Assembly (NCBI GenBank): GCA_040220235.1
Contig: JAVJTO010000109.1
DNA: 64,000 nucleotides
Direction: 5' to 3' (one strand)
Source: Coleofasciculus sp. B1-GNL1-01
GTDB lineage: Bacteria > Cyanobacteriota > Cyanobacteriia > Cyanobacteriales > Coleofasciculaceae
In this document: positions 1-12,200 of the stretch, in pieces
How the letters are laid out: each line of letters starts with the position of its first letter
How positions within the stretch are numbered: the stretch's first letter is position 1
Notes under the pieces: generated by a model
Told to the model about the DNA's origin: nothing
Seen by the model: only the letters and a program-made list of their open reading frames with translations
Databases searched by the model: none
Position numbers and translations under genes: made by a program

Positions 1-1089
1 TCCCATCACCATGCCCATCAGACTATGCATACCTGTGGATGCAGCTTGAGCCAGAGGTCCTGGATGTTGGGCTTTGCGGCGCTTGCGGAGTTCTGCCACT
101 AAATCATCGAGCTTCTGGGTAAACTCATCACTAACGAGCTGATCCGGCGTAGCTGACTGAAGGTACTCCCTAAATTCTGCGATCGCATCTCTAGAAGAAG
201 GCAGCCGATTCACCGTTTTCTTCCAGACGGCTTCAAGTTGGTCAACAATTCGATTCACATCCCGTGGCGGTAAATCGCTGCGGCTACTTACTAAATCAAT
301 AAATGTCTGCCGATTAATATCACGCAGGCTGTCACTACCAGCAATTTCTTGTAAATTTGGGTCATTGATTAAGTCTTCTAATTCCGCCCGAATCTTTTGC
401 AGATTCAGTTCTGGAGGTCGTATCGCCTGAATATAATCTTCTAAGTTCTCGCGAATCGTCTCCGGGTCAATTGCAGAACCCAGTTCTCGACGTACCGCCG
501 CCGCTGTTGCTTCTGCGGTTTGCACCACCTCTTTTTGGACGGCGCTACCCCCAATTGCGGCTGTGGCGGTGCCTAAAATAGCTTGAAAACCAGAGGTAGC
601 GGTACTCATTACTGATCCGATCAACGAACCAACAGTTGTCGAACTGACCCAAACCAGTAACGAAAAGTACGTTGCCCAAATCACCAACCCGACGATCGCA
701 CCCAAGCCGGGATTTTCCAGCAAGCTTAATTCTACGGCAAATAGACAAGCAAAAAATAGCGCCAAGGTAACGCTAATTAACGTGGCTAATCCTAATGCTG
801 TACCAACCTTGCGAATTGTACCCTGCACACCGTCTGATGACTTCTTGTCAGACGATGATGAGTCTCCGCCTCCAGCAAAGGAAATTCCCAATGCCACACC
901 CAGATTCGTTAAGAGCATCTGGAACGCAAACGCTAAAACCACACCAGCGACTAATGTGGTAAAAAATTGAGGTCCGTCAAAGATCAGCGCGGCATCTTCA
1001 ACGGTATCGAGTTCTGGCTCTATCGGTATCTGTGCTATCCAATCTGCCCAACCCATGAGTCCTAGTGCTAGTCCCACACTCTCAACCAT
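1..1089 (-). CDS. Large conserved cyanobacterial membrane-anchored helical protein, 5' part only (runs off the window start)
   Basis: Not in the ORF track because it has no stop in the window. Read by hand from ATG at 1089: MVESVGLALGLMGWADWIAQIPIEPELDTVEDAALIFDGPQFFTTLVAGVVLAFAFQMLLTNLGVALGIS..., with hydrophobic segments then charged helical sequence. Confidence 0.75.
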   Translation of the reverse strand, partial: MVESVGLALGLMGWADWIAQIPIEPELDTVEDAALIFDGPQFFTTLVAGVVLAFAFQMLLTNLGVALGISFAGGGDSSSSDKKSSDGVQGTIRKVGTALGLATLISVTLALFFACLFAVELSLLENPGLGAIVGLVIWATYFSLLVWVSSTTVGSLIGSVMSTATSGFQAILGTATAAIGGSAVQKEVVQTAEATAAAVRRELGSAIDPETIRENLEDYIQAIRPPELNLQKIRAELEDLINDPNLQEIAGSDSLRDINRQTFIDLVSSRSDLPPRDVNRIVDQLEAVWKKTVNRLPSSRDAIAEFREYLQSATPDQLVSDEFTQKLDDLVAELRKRRKAQHPGPLAQAASTGMHSLMGMVMG

Positions 1090-1350
1090 AATGTTCTTCC
1101 TCTACATAAACGATGATCAGAATAGGATTCCCTCTTCCAGGACAAATCCTCCTGTCTTTCTGCCAGAATCGTTGTCTCAAGGCAGAAAATCATCTCCCCA
1201 AGGGGTGAAACTCTTGGGCAAATTGCCAATTTATGCCCATTGATAGAGTTCAGTGGGGGATGGCTGAATACTCCCATCAAGATTCCTGATCTTGGTGTTG
1301 CCGCTATTGACAAATTCAATCTATTATGCATAATGAGCGGTGCGGTGTAG

Positions 1351-3030
1351 GTGGGAAGATATAACAGAATGACTAACGGAGTTAAAAAAGTATCAAGTAA
1401 TACAAAAAATGGACTAACTCATGCCGACTTACTCAACATCATTGCTAAAGCTGCCGAGGAGGGAACAAACAGGCTCTCTTTGTCAAAGGAAGGTATTACA
1501 GAAATTCCCAATGAAATTGCCCAACTAACTACGCTGGAAGAACTGAGTTTATCGGAAAATAAGATAACAGAAATACCTGACTGTATCGCCCAACTGACTA
1601 GACTGGAAACTCTAAATTTATCGAATAATCAGATAAGAGAGATACCCGACTGTATTAGAAAGCTCAAAAAGCTGCGCTGGCTGAATTTAGCAAACAATCA
1701 GATAACTGATATATCAGCATGTATTGACATACTTATTAGGATTAGGTGGCTAAACAGTCTTAATTTGGCGAATAATCAGATAATGAAAATACCGAAAAAT
1801 ATCGTAAATTTTGCACATTTAAAATGGCTTGATTTATCAGCTAATAATATAAAAACTATACCAAGCTGTATTACCAATATCCATAAACTAGAAAAGCTTG
1901 ATTTATCGAAAAATGCTATAAAAAGGATACCGAACTCTATTATTCATCTGACTAAGCTGGAAGATCTGAATTTAGCGAATAATCAAACAACAGAAATACC
2001 GGAATATCTTGCCCGACTCTATGAACTGACAAATCTGAACTTAGCGAATAATCAGATCAGGGAAATACCTAGATGTATCGGCAAACTGACTAAGCTGTGG
2101 CAATTAAATTTATCAAACAATCAAATAACCGAAATACCTGAAGATTTTGACAAACTGACTAAGCTATGGCAATTAAATTTATCAAACAATCAGATAACCG
2201 AGATACCTGAATGTATTGCCAAACTTACTAACTTACAATGGATTTATTTATCGCACAATCAGATAACCGAGATACCCGAATGTATTGCCCAGCTCACTCA
2301 GCTACGGTGGCATAGAGAAATCCATTATTATGGAAGCTATGTATTGAATCAGCTAGATTTATCGAATAATCAGATAATAAAAATACCAGAATATATGGGC
2401 AAACTCAATTGCCTGAAAAAACTCAATTTAGCAAATAACCAGATTAGGCATATACCCGAATGTATCGCCCAACTCCATGAACTAACAGAACTGAACTTGG
2501 CGAATAATCAGATTAGGGAAATACCGGAGTGTATAACCGAACTGATTTACCTAAACTGGTTGGATTTATCGAATAATTATATCAGGGAAATACCAGAAGG
2601 AATCACCAAGTTTATTGGGGAAAAACGGGGGTTAAATTTCTCGAACAATCAAATCCAAGAGATACCAACATTTATCGCCAAATTCACTCAACTGAACGAG
2701 CTGAATTTCTCTAGTAATCAAATCAAAGAAATACCGGAATCTATTTCCCAACTTATTTATCTGAGAAAGCTTAATTTAGCGAATAATCATGTAATAAATA
2801 TACCCAAATTCATTAGCAAACTCACTTACTTGGAATCGCTTAATTTAGCCAACAATCAGATCAAGGAAATACCCGAATGTATTATACAACTCACTGAGTT
2901 AAAAGAGTTAAATTTATCGGGGAATCCGATAGGAGATGTAGTCTTAGGACTACCCCACCGTAACTCTAAATCCCCTCGTCCCGGAGACATGGTGCTGGGT
3001 TCTCAATCTTCTCCCCAGGGGATTGAGTAA
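1351..3030 (+). CDS. Leucine-rich repeat protein (about 20 tandem 23-aa LRRs, no Roc-COR domain)
   Basis: Repeated LxxLNLxNNQIxEIPECIxxL units. Alternative ATG start at 1369. Confidence 0.9.
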   Translation: MGRYNRMTNGVKKVSSNTKNGLTHADLLNIIAKAAEEGTNRLSLSKEGITEIPNEIAQLTTLEELSLSENKITEIPDCIAQLTRLETLNLSNNQIREIPDCIRKLKKLRWLNLANNQITDISACIDILIRIRWLNSLNLANNQIMKIPKNIVNFAHLKWLDLSANNIKTIPSCITNIHKLEKLDLSKNAIKRIPNSIIHLTKLEDLNLANNQTTEIPEYLARLYELTNLNLANNQIREIPRCIGKLTKLWQLNLSNNQITEIPEDFDKLTKLWQLNLSNNQITEIPECIAKLTNLQWIYLSHNQITEIPECIAQLTQLRWHREIHYYGSYVLNQLDLSNNQIIKIPEYMGKLNCLKKLNLANNQIRHIPECIAQLHELTELNLANNQIREIPECITELIYLNWLDLSNNYIREIPEGITKFIGEKRGLNFSNNQIQEIPTFIAKFTQLNELNFSSNQIKEIPESISQLIYLRKLNLANNHVINIPKFISKLTYLESLNLANNQIKEIPECIIQLTELKELNLSGNPIGDVVLGLPHRNSKSPRPGDMVLGSQSSPQGIE

Positions 3031-3151
3031 ACAGGTAGTGATACCCCCTATTCGTTAGCGGTATCCTAGAAGGACAAAGCTTGCGACCCATTAGTTTTGG
3101 TAAAGGATGAGGTAGCATATTAGCGAAAGGCACGGGTATTAGGAGTTTGAC

Positions 3152-3730
3152 GTGGGTTTATTTGAGGATCTCAATCGCTTTCTGGAAAATCGGCTGGATG
3201 AATTTCTTCGCAACAATCCCCATCTAGAGTTACAGGCACTCGAAGAACAGTTACGGGAGCAAGAAGAAGACACATTGAAGCTGATTGCTGACTTGCAACT
3301 TCAGCAAAAGCGCCTACAGGACGAAATATTAGCAGTTGCCCAAGATATTCAGCGTTGGCACGAACGGATGAACAAGGCTCAATCGAAAGGCAGACCTGAT
3401 TTAGCCCAAGCCGCTCAACAACGAGAAGCTACGCTTTTGCATCAAGGGAATCAACTTTGGGGCAAGATGGAAGGGGTTAAACAGCGAATTGCTCAGACGA
3501 AAGAACTCCAGCATCAGATTCAAACCCGTCGTAATGAAGTTCATGTCAAAGCCAGAGAAGTCGAAGCCGCCCGCGCTCAAGCCCAAGCTCAATCTCAGTG
3601 GCAGACATCGGCTTGGAACCAGAGTTCAAACTACAACATTGGAGCAGGTGCAGACCCCTTAGAGGCTCAGTTTCAGCGCTGGGAAACTGATGAGGAGTTA
3701 GACCAAATGAAACGGAATATGGGACGCTGA
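3152..3730 (+). CDS. Coiled-coil PspA-like cyanobacterial protein (TIGR04376-type)
   Basis: MGLFEDLNRFLENRLDEFLRNNPHLELQAL N-terminus and DPLEAQFQRWE C-terminus; AGGAG RBS before the GTG. Confidence 0.8.
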   Translation: MGLFEDLNRFLENRLDEFLRNNPHLELQALEEQLREQEEDTLKLIADLQLQQKRLQDEILAVAQDIQRWHERMNKAQSKGRPDLAQAAQQREATLLHQGNQLWGKMEGVKQRIAQTKELQHQIQTRRNEVHVKAREVEAARAQAQAQSQWQTSAWNQSSNYNIGAGADPLEAQFQRWETDEELDQMKRNMGR

Positions 3731-3764
3731 GGGGTGTCCCTCCCATTAGGTATCGATAAACATT

Positions 3765-3900
3765 GTAGTGGCGTGGCACACCTTATTTGATGAATTAGAA
3801 TTGGTTCGTAGTGAGGGCTTCAGCCCTCTCCAGCTAAGTGTTATAGCACTCTTCGTGCTTACTACAAACAAAACCCTATTTTAGCTGTGTCACGCCAGTA
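3765..3900. mobile_element. MITE-like element, family A (inverted copy at 30795-30931)
   Basis: Imperfect terminal inverted repeats tagtggcgtggcacac ... gctgtgtcacgccagta. Both ends match the reverse complement of 30795-30931. Confidence 0.6.
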
Positions 3901-4151
3901 GGGGCGACCCGCCGCATTTAATTGACACCACCCAACCTTTAATTTAATCGGGTCGCCCCCAGCCCGGTATCGGTAATTATCTAACACCACGTACATTGGC
4001 AATTGGGCGAGTCGATATAGGTTAATTCTTACACTGCCTACTATGTGCAGCGACCATCCGTGTCAACTTAAGGTGAAAACCAATACTGGCAAGGGTTTAA
4101 GCTGTCTCAAAAGGGGGTAACAAAGGCAAATTTGGTATTACCCCTCCCCAT

Positions 4152-4478
4152 TTACCCATTCCCGGATGAACGACGAGGAATCGTAAAGGAAATGGAACGA
4201 GGCGGCTTAGGTAGTGATGTGGATGACGATGGATTAAGCACCGTCGAGTTAGATGCTGGATTAGCACTCTCCACAGAGGGAGACTGAGTTTGATTGCTTG
4301 AGAATTGTCTGGGTTGTAGAGAGATAGACCAACCTGGAGATTTACCGTAGTTAGACGCGATCGCGAGTAACGCTCCTGCCAAAATGAATACTGGCATGGG
4401 TAGGATAAAATCGCTCATCCACTGGGACAATTCTATTAGGCTAAATACTACCACAAAGGTGGTAATTACAACTCTCAT
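4152..4478 (-). CDS. Small membrane protein with Ser/Pro-rich tail
   Basis: Two hydrophobic segments, LPMPVFILAGALLAIASNY and a terminal SISFTI motif typical of a conserved cyanobacterial hypothetical. Confidence 0.7.
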   Translation of the reverse strand: MRVVITTFVVVFSLIELSQWMSDFILPMPVFILAGALLAIASNYGKSPGWSISLQPRQFSSNQTQSPSVESANPASNSTVLNPSSSTSLPKPPRSISFTIPRRSSGNG

Positions 4479-4520
4479 CGCTCTGACTTAAAACTAGCGC
4501 TGCCGCCATCATCATACACC

Positions 4521-4916
4521 ATGCAAATTTTTGCGATTCGCTTAAAACCCAATGACGACTTAAAGGCAAACTTAGGGCATTTCGTCAAACAGCACCAGAT
4601 TGAAGCTGGATTTATGGTAACGGCTGTGGGTAGCCTTAAACAAGCCACCCTGCGCTTTGCAGGTCAAAACTATGCTCAAGCCTTCAAACGGCGCTTTGAG
4701 ATTGTTTCCCTGGTTGGCACCCTCTCTATTCATGGTATCCATCTACACATTGCCCTGTCAGATAAAAAAGGCAGAACAATCGGAGGTCATCTTCTAGAGG
4801 GATGTATTATCTATACAACGGCTGAAATTATTATGGGTGTCAGCGACAATTTAATTTTTTTGAGAACGATGGATGAAACGACGGGATATCAAGAGTTAGA
4901 AATCCAACCTAAATAA
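4521..4916 (+). CDS. PPC-domain (DUF296) protein
   Basis: FEIVSLVGTL, HLHIALSD, GGHL motifs. Confidence 0.9.
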   Translation: MQIFAIRLKPNDDLKANLGHFVKQHQIEAGFMVTAVGSLKQATLRFAGQNYAQAFKRRFEIVSLVGTLSIHGIHLHIALSDKKGRTIGGHLLEGCIIYTTAEIIMGVSDNLIFLRTMDETTGYQELEIQPK

Positions 4917-5061
4917 ACCTTACTGTACAACAGGCTGACATCTGTCTTCCTCAAACCCAGCCAAATCAGTTTATCACAGTCGTTTAAGCGTCATAAAATC
5001 AAAACAGATGAGCTTAACGCTCACTCAGATAGTCGCTGAAAGCAGATTGAAAAATAAAAAA

Positions 5062-5271
5062 CTATCCTTCACCCAGAATTAGCTGAAGCGTTCGATGCGC
5101 TTCTTGTAGGGTTTGGAGTTCGGAATTAAACTTCCAGAGATAAGGCTTAACTCTATTGCCTCCCACAATAGCAGGTTCCCAAGCCGTCAATTGCCATCCT
5201 TGCTCAGTTGCGGTAAGGCAATAATCAATTCGGGGAGGAATAATCGAGGGGTTGGCGTTAGTAATCATCAT
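5062..5271 (-). CDS. Hypothetical small protein
   Basis: 69-aa ATG ORF alone in an intergenic gap; no recognised motif. Confidence 0.45.
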   Translation of the reverse strand: MMITNANPSIIPPRIDYCLTATEQGWQLTAWEPAIVGGNRVKPYLWKFNSELQTLQEAHRTLQLILGEG

Positions 5272-5788
5272 TGCTTGCTCGTAATACCCTGTAGGTGGTC
5301 AAAAAATTTGTGATTGAGGGTAAGGAAGCGATCGCCTATAGCTTACTGGTGATGCCCTGAGTCCTATCAATCATCTTGCCACTCCTTTCTCAAGATGGTA
5401 AGCCTTACCCGCAATCTTTATCGAAATATCATAATTAAGTTGGAACAAAACACGAGGTTATGGGGGGTTGCCGAAGTCTCTGTGAAATTGAGCTTCATAC
5501 AACCTTCACATAACTCGGTCGAGTAAATATACTTATTCTACGGATTGTTACAAAATAGACAAGAGGGGAGCTGGGGGAGTTATCAGTTATCAGTGAGCAG
5601 TTATCAGTGAGCAGTTATCAGTTATCAGGAGATGGGGGACACCTCGACTTACCTCGGCTTCGCTCGGTAACACGCTCGGTGTGTCAGATGGGGAAAAGTG
5701 TAATCAGTGTCAATAAGCTCTCGCCTCCCTACCCCTATCTCTCCAATAAATCCGTGCAATCAGTGTTTTGACAAATGACAAATGACAA

Positions 5789-7558
5789 ATGACGAATGAC
5801 AAATCACCACTCAAACGCCTATTTGCCTACGGTCATAACTATCGCACACAAATCAGGCAGGCGATCGCCTGTTCGGTTCTGAATAAAATCTTTGACTTAG
5901 CGCCACCCGCTTTAATTGGTGCGGCGGTGGATGTGGTAGTACAGCAAGAGGATTCTCTCATCGCCCAACTTGGCGTCACCGATAGTTTCACTCAACTGTC
6001 GATTCTGGCGGTGCTGAGTCTAATCATCTGGGGATTAGAATCCCTGTTTGAATATGCCTACAACCGACTTTGGCGTAATCTGGCACAGACAATTCAACAT
6101 GATTTGCGCTTAGATGCTTACTCCCACTTACAATCCCTCGACTTGGCTTATTTTGAGGATCGGAGTACGGGTCGGTTGATGTCGATTCTCAATGATGATA
6201 TCAACCAACTGGAACGCTTTCTGGATGTTGGTGCGAATGAAATTCTCCAGGTATCCACCACGGTTGTCATTGTTGGTGCTACTTTCGTGATTCTGGCACC
6301 TGGGGTGTCTTGGATGGCACTTCTCCCCATGCCCTTTATTCTCTGGGGTTCCATCGCCTTTCAGCGTCGTCTTGCGCCCCGTTATGCTGAGGTTCGGGAA
6401 AAGGTGAGTTTACTTAATGGGCAATTAGCCAATAATTTGACCGGAATCACCACAATTAAAAGCTTTACAGCAGAAGCTTATGAAATTCAGCGCATTAGAG
6501 CCCAAAGTGAAGCCTATCGCCAAAGTAACCGTCGCGCGATCGCACTCTCGGCGGCGTTTGTTCCCCTGATTCGTATCCTTATTTTGTTGGGTTTTATCGG
6601 CATTCTTCTCTATGGGGGGATGGAAGCCGTAGCGGGAAGATTAGCGGTTGGTACCTATAGCGTGTTAGTCTTCCTCACCCAACGCTTACTCTGGCCCCTC
6701 ACCCGATTAGGACAAACCCTGGATCTCTATCAACGGGCAATGGCGTCTACAACCCGGGTGATGAATTTGTTAGATACACCCATTACCATGCATTCGGGGG
6801 AGATTTCCTTACCTGTGACTCAGGTCAAAGGTGAGTTAGCGTTAAAAAATATTACCTTTTCCTATCAAGGACGCCATCCTGTGATAGAAAATCTTTCCCT
6901 GCATATTCCAGCCGGAAAAACCATTGCTATTGTTGGTGCGACAGGTTCCGGGAAAAGTACCCTCGTCAAGTTATTATTGCGACTCTATGAAGTCCAAGAC
7001 GGAACCATAACCCTGGATGGGATTGACTTGCGCCAGCTTCAGTTAGCTGATTTACGCCAAGCCATTGGTTTAGTCAGCCAGGATGTATTTCTGTTTCATG
7101 GCACAGTGCGGGAAAATATTACCTATGGTAGTTTTAATGTCACCTTATCTGAGGTAGAAGCCGCTGCCGAAATCGCTGAAGCCCATGAATTTATTTGCCA
7201 ACTTCCCCAAGGCTACGACACAATTATCGGGGAGAGAGGACAAAAGTTATCCGGTGGACAGCAGCAGCGACTGGCAATTGCCCGTGCTATCTTAAAAAAT
7301 CCCCCGGTGCTGATCCTCGATGAAGCCACCTCCGCCGTGGATAACGAGACAGAAGCCGCCATTCAGCGATCGCTAGAGAAGATTACCCAAAACCGAACCA
7401 CGATCGCGATCGCTCATCGCTTGTCTACTGTACGCAATGCTAATTGTATTTATGTTATGGATAAAGGTAAATTAGTTGAACAAGGCACCCATGAAGAATT
7501 ACTGGAGCAACAAGCTATTTATGCGATGCTTTGGCGAGTTCAGTCTGGGGTTAAATAA
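5789..7558 (+). CDS. ABC exporter, fused permease/ATP-binding (MsbA/MdlB-like)
   Basis: N-terminal TM domain, Walker [15 protein letters not shown] signature, [11 protein letters not shown]alker B. Confidence 0.95.
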   Translation: MTNDKSPLKRLFAYGHNYRTQIRQAIACSVLNKIFDLAPPALIGAAVDVVVQQEDSLIAQLGVTDSFTQLSILAVLSLIIWGLESLFEYAYNRLWRNLAQTIQHDLRLDAYSHLQSLDLAYFEDRSTGRLMSILNDDINQLERFLDVGANEILQVSTTVVIVGATFVILAPGVSWMALLPMPFILWGSIAFQRRLAPRYAEVREKVSLLNGQLANNLTGITTIKSFTAEAYEIQRIRAQSEAYRQSNRRAIALSAAFVPLIRILILLGFIGILLYGGMEAVAGRLAVGTYSVLVFLTQRLLWPLTRLGQTLDLYQRAMASTTRVMNLLDTPITMHSGEISLPVTQVKGELALKNITFSYQGRHPVIENLSLHIPAGKTIAIVGATGSGKSTLVKLLLRLYEVQDGTITLDGIDLRQLQLADLRQAIGLVSQDVFLFHGTVRENITYGSFNVTLSEVEAAAEIAEAHEFICQLPQGYDTIIGERGQKLSGGQQQRLAIARAILKNPPVLILDEATSAVDNETEAAIQRSLEKITQNRTTIAIAHRLSTVRNANCIYVMDKGKLVEQGTHEELLEQQAIYAMLWRVQSGVK

Positions 7559-7608
7559 TTGTCATTTGTCATTGGGAATTGGTCATTTGTCATTGGGGAT
7601 TATCAACC

Positions 7609-8043
7609 ATGATTATGTTCAGTAAAGCTCAACCAAATAAGCCAGAGGAGCAGTGGAAAGTTAAGCTAAATCAGTTTGCCAAAGAACATAGTAAGAAACT
7701 GGCGGCGCTGTCATGGGGACTCTTTCTAGAGAAGGGCGAAAGCGACGAAACGATAGGAATTGACCTAAAACCCAGACCCCATTTTGTCTATTGTCCCAAA
7801 GCCGCCCTGGAAAAATTAAATCAAAAGGTGGAGAACTATCTTCAAGAAGTAGTAGGTATTGTTAATGCTCACCAACCTGATAAAGAAGTGTTAATGATTG
7901 GGATTGGTAATGACCAAATTAAGTTAATTCATTTTGAACCAGAATCTCCACCTCCGGTATGTTTTGAGGAAGTGGGTAAAGATGTCGATACATTAATTGA
8001 AGAATTAGAACAGCGTTTGAGCGAATTTGATATTCGTCCTTAG
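7609..8043 (+). CDS. ccmS: Probable beta-carboxysome assembly chaperone CcmS-like protein
   Basis: LAALSWGL...IGIDLKPRPHFVYCPK...IKLIHFEPESPPPVCFE resembles CcmS from memory. ATG at 7609 preferred over the TTG inside the repeat. Confidence 0.6.
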   Translation: MIMFSKAQPNKPEEQWKVKLNQFAKEHSKKLAALSWGLFLEKGESDETIGIDLKPRPHFVYCPKAALEKLNQKVENYLQEVVGIVNAHQPDKEVLMIGIGNDQIKLIHFEPESPPPVCFEEVGKDVDTLIEELEQRLSEFDIRP

Positions 8044-8276
8044 TTGTCAAAACACTGATTTCACGGATTAATTGGAGAGAGTGAGGTAGGGAAGTGAGAG
8101 GTTAGTTACACTGATTACACTGAGTTACATCAGGGTGAAAACCTCCCCGTTAGCAGTAAAACCCACCCCTACAATTCCCCCAGCTCCCCCAGCTCCCCTG
8201 TACCCCTGCATCCTCATCCTGCGATCGGTACAATATTGAACAATAGTCAACAAACTACCATCCAACTCTGCTAACT

Positions 8277-9050
8277 ATGACGCCTGACGTAAAAACGTTA
8301 CCCCAGGAACCGACTGACACGAGTGAAACCGACTACCTCGACGAACTTCCCAACGATGTCGAGATGTCGCTGTTTGATCACCTAGAAGAGTTGCGGCGGC
8401 GAATTTTCTATTCGCTGCTGGCTGTAGCCGTTGGTGCGATCGGCTGCTTTGTAGCAGTTAAGTACATTGTTCAGGTATTGGAAATCCCGGCTCAAGGCGT
8501 TAAGTTTTTGCAATTAGCTCCCGGTGAATACTTCTTTGTTTCCCTGAAAGTAGCGGGTTACAGTGGTTTGCTGGTGGCGACACCGTTCATTCTTTACCAA
8601 GTGATTCAGTTTGTCTTACCGGGATTGACTCGCCGCGAACAACGCTTGATTGCGCCTATAGTTTTAGGGTCGAGTATTCTGTTCTTTGTCGGGTTAGCAT
8701 TTTCCTACATTGCTTTAATTCCCGCCGCGCTGAAATTCTTTATTAGTTACGGCGCTGATGTCGTTGAGCAAGCTTGGTCAATTGAACGGTATTTTGAATT
8801 TGTGCTGCTTCTCATGTTCAGCACGGGGATAGCTTTTCAAGTCCCAATTATTCAGCTTCTCTTGGGAAATTTAGGAATTGTCTCATCCTCTCAAATGCTT
8901 TCCGGTTGGCGGATTGTTATTTTAGGTGCAGTGATTTTAGGCGCTGTTTTAACCCCCTCCACTGATCCTCTGACTCAAAGCTTACTCGCTGGTGCGGTTA
9001 TCGGTCTTTACTTTGGCGGAATTGGTATGGTTAAGTTATCAGGAAAGTAA
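8277..9050 (+). CDS. tatC: Twin-arginine translocase subunit TatC
   Basis: [31 protein letters not shown] motifs; multiple TM helices. Confidence 0.97.
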   Translation: MTPDVKTLPQEPTDTSETDYLDELPNDVEMSLFDHLEELRRRIFYSLLAVAVGAIGCFVAVKYIVQVLEIPAQGVKFLQLAPGEYFFVSLKVAGYSGLLVATPFILYQVIQFVLPGLTRREQRLIAPIVLGSSILFFVGLAFSYIALIPAALKFFISYGADVVEQAWSIERYFEFVLLLMFSTGIAFQVPIIQLLLGNLGIVSSSQMLSGWRIVILGAVILGAVLTPSTDPLTQSLLAGAVIGLYFGGIGMVKLSGK

Positions 9051-9210
9051 TTGAGTTCGTAGTTTGTAGTACGGGAACTTTAGCCTGTTACGTTTGTAGT
9101 ACGGGCTTTAGCCTGTTAAAATTCTGGGTTGACTATTAGCGTAACAGCGATCGTTCAGGAATAGTTGTTTACCCCCACGCGATCGCGAATCACCTGGAGC
9201 CTTGAAGCCT

Positions 9211-12200
9211 TTACCAAGGACTACCAATCATCGTAAACGCCGCCCAATAATAAGGATGAGAGAAATTTTTGTCGGGCAATTCCGATACAACGGGGCGATT
9301 TTCCCCTTCTCCCAACCCCCGTAATTCTCCTGATTCCACACGCACCTCCCCTCGCAGCATGGCGATTTGGGCGCGTCGCAGTGCCTCGGCTTTAATCGTT
9401 ACATCCGGCTGACCCAATTGGTTGTAGAATCCACTCATTAAGGCAAAAGAGCCGCCATCATCAACAGACCAAAGACTGGCTAAAGCTGACTTAACCCCAG
9501 CTTTCACCGCTAATCCGGCAAAGCCTAACTCGGCTTCGACACTGCCAAAAGCGGTACGACAGGCGCTTAAAACCAAAAGGTCTACTTGGGGCTTCTCATG
9601 CCAGCCCAGTTGTCGCATTTGGTCGAGTTGCAGTTTCGTGTCCCAAAGCTGAATATAAGAATTGCTGGGGTCTCCCTCCTGGAAATTGGCGTGACTGGCA
9701 AGGTGGATGATTTGCCAAGGTTCTTGTTGGCGCTTTTGTTGCAGATTCTGGAGGGTGAATTGGTCGTTGAGGTAGGCGTCTCCTGACCAGACTTGTTGGG
9801 TAATGGTTTCCAGTTCGATAGGGACAGCAGGTAAGGGTCTTTGGTCAGTAAATTCAGAGGCACCCATGGCTAGGACTGGCGCATCTTTGACGGGATTGTA
9901 GCGGGTATTGGTCAGGCTGATGCTGGGGATGGAACCGAGGGCATATTTTTCGATGAGAAACTGTTCCCCGTCGTGTAAAGCCGCCATGGGGATGGTGCGT
10001 AAACCCGCGTCCATGGCAAAGATGAGGGTGTCAATACCGAGGGCTTCTAGATGTGGTTCTAGGGGGGCAATCATCCAACTATAGAGTTGTTGGGCGGAAG
10101 GTTTCAGGGAGTCTGGGGGCAGGTCAGAGTTGGTGACTAGTTTATAGAATTCGTTGAGTTTTTTCTGGAAGGCTGCACGATTAGCTTCGGGAATGGTTTT
10201 GCGGATGGGAGTACCGTCGGGAACAACCATGATGAGTTCCAGTTGGTCGGGTAGGGAAACGGCGTAGACGATAACTGGGTGAGTGCCCGTTTCAGCAGTA
10301 ATGGTTTTGAGAGTATTGCGAATGGTTTCGACGCTGGCTTCTTCGTTGGCAATGTCTTCACCTAAGTAGTCTTCGTATTCTCCTTCAAATAGGTCATCAA
10401 TGGCGGGAATGGCATCATTGAGGTTTTGAGTTAGTAGGTTGGGGATGTTGATGCGTCCGGTGTCTAGGTTTCCTGTACCGGGAATATTCCAGACAAAGCT
10501 AGATTCTCCGGTGAGGGGGTCTTGGTTGGCTGAGGTTTCAGCGCCGAGAATATCGCCAATGAGAAAGGCTAAATCGGTTTGGGCGCCGTCGGGGGAATCA
10601 GAGGGGCGTTCTGAACCCTCTGGGGGAGATGGGGGAGTAGGGGGTTCTGGGTTAGAACCAGGTGCGGGGACAGAGATGATTTGAATCCCGTCTTGGGTGT
10701 GGGTGTAGGGAAATTCGGCTGTAGGGGAAATGGTTTGTTCAGGTACGGTATTTCCGGTGGTAATTGCCCCGGCTGTACCGTTGGTGTTGGCATCACCGAC
10801 AATAAAGGGAGTGACGCCTGCGCCGCCGTGACGAATCGTGATTGTACCGCCTGCGGTGACGCCGCCTGTGGAAATGCTGGCGGTTGTGCCGTTGAGATTT
10901 GGGAAAGTGTCAGTGACGCGGAAGAAGCCGGAGGTAGTGATATCGACAGCGCCGCCTGTGCCAGCAATGCCACCTTCGGTGTTAATGCCTGTGACGGTAA
11001 TATTGCCACTATCTGAGTTGAGGGTAATTTTACCCCCATTGTTAATGGCTGAATTAGAGAAGATGGGTAGTGAACCTATATTGATGTTGGTGGCAGCATT
11101 GAGGGTCATATCACCGCCATTACCATTGCCGGAAAAAGAACCGATACCGCTTCTGATAGTCAGGCTTTCATCGAGAATAGTAATGGAACCACCACTATCA
11201 AGGTTAATCGTACCAGCATCCCCATTCGTCGCACTAGATGAGATGCTGTTGCTGGTAATATTTCCTGCGGCATTGAGGCTGATATTGCCGCCATTTTCAT
11301 TGCCTAAAGTAGTCACTAGGGATGTGGTAATATCAGCCTCACGACTGGTGAGGTTTATCTCTCCACCATCACCATTAGCTCCATTAGCATTGATGCTATC
11401 TGTGGAAATGCCGTTAGCCGCTTGCAGAGTAATATTGCCGCCTGTGTTATTACTGAAAGAGCTAATAATGTCTGTGGTGATTTCATCGCCACTGGTGAGG
11501 CGAATCTCTCCACCATTATTGGTAACGCCCCAGGATAAGATGTTTTCGGTGGTAATGTTACCCCCGGCATTAAGAGTGATGTTGCCGCCATTGGTGTTGC
11601 CTGAAACGTTGATAAGGGCTGTAGTAATATTGCTATCGCTATCCAAGTGAATAGTGCCGCCAGTGCCGTTGCTGCTAGTGGCTAATATACTATCAGTAGA
11701 GATGTTACCTATGGCAGTGAGAGTGATAGTTCCGCCATTTTGATGATCGACAACGCTGAGACTACCTGTGCTAATTTCACCACTTTTACTGGTCAGGCGA
11801 ATAGTTCCACCATTATTGAGTGTGCCATTACTGTTTATATGGTTGGTAATGATATTACCAGAGGCATTGAGGGTAACCGTGCCGCCAGTCCCATTACTTT
11901 CAGTAGTAAGAATCCCGGTACTCGTGTTAATCCCGCCTCGGTTATTTATTAAAGTAATATTTCCACCTGTGATATTACTGGCTGTGATATCGCCACTGGC
12001 ATTATTCGTTAAGCCATCACCTGTACCGAGAATTAAGGTTGTATCGCCTGTGCCGGAATTGAGAGTGACTCCAGGGGTGATGGAGATAACCGCTTGACCA
12101 GAGTCGCGAAAAGCATTGACGACTCCATTGGCAGTCGTTTCATTGGCAATTAGGGTGAGATTGCCGTTATCGGTGGAGATAGAGGAATTGACGATAATAC

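Noticed and set aside
545..1331. Short ORFs in the track
   Set aside because: They overlap the real minus-strand gene ending at 1089 or its promoter region and show no motifs.
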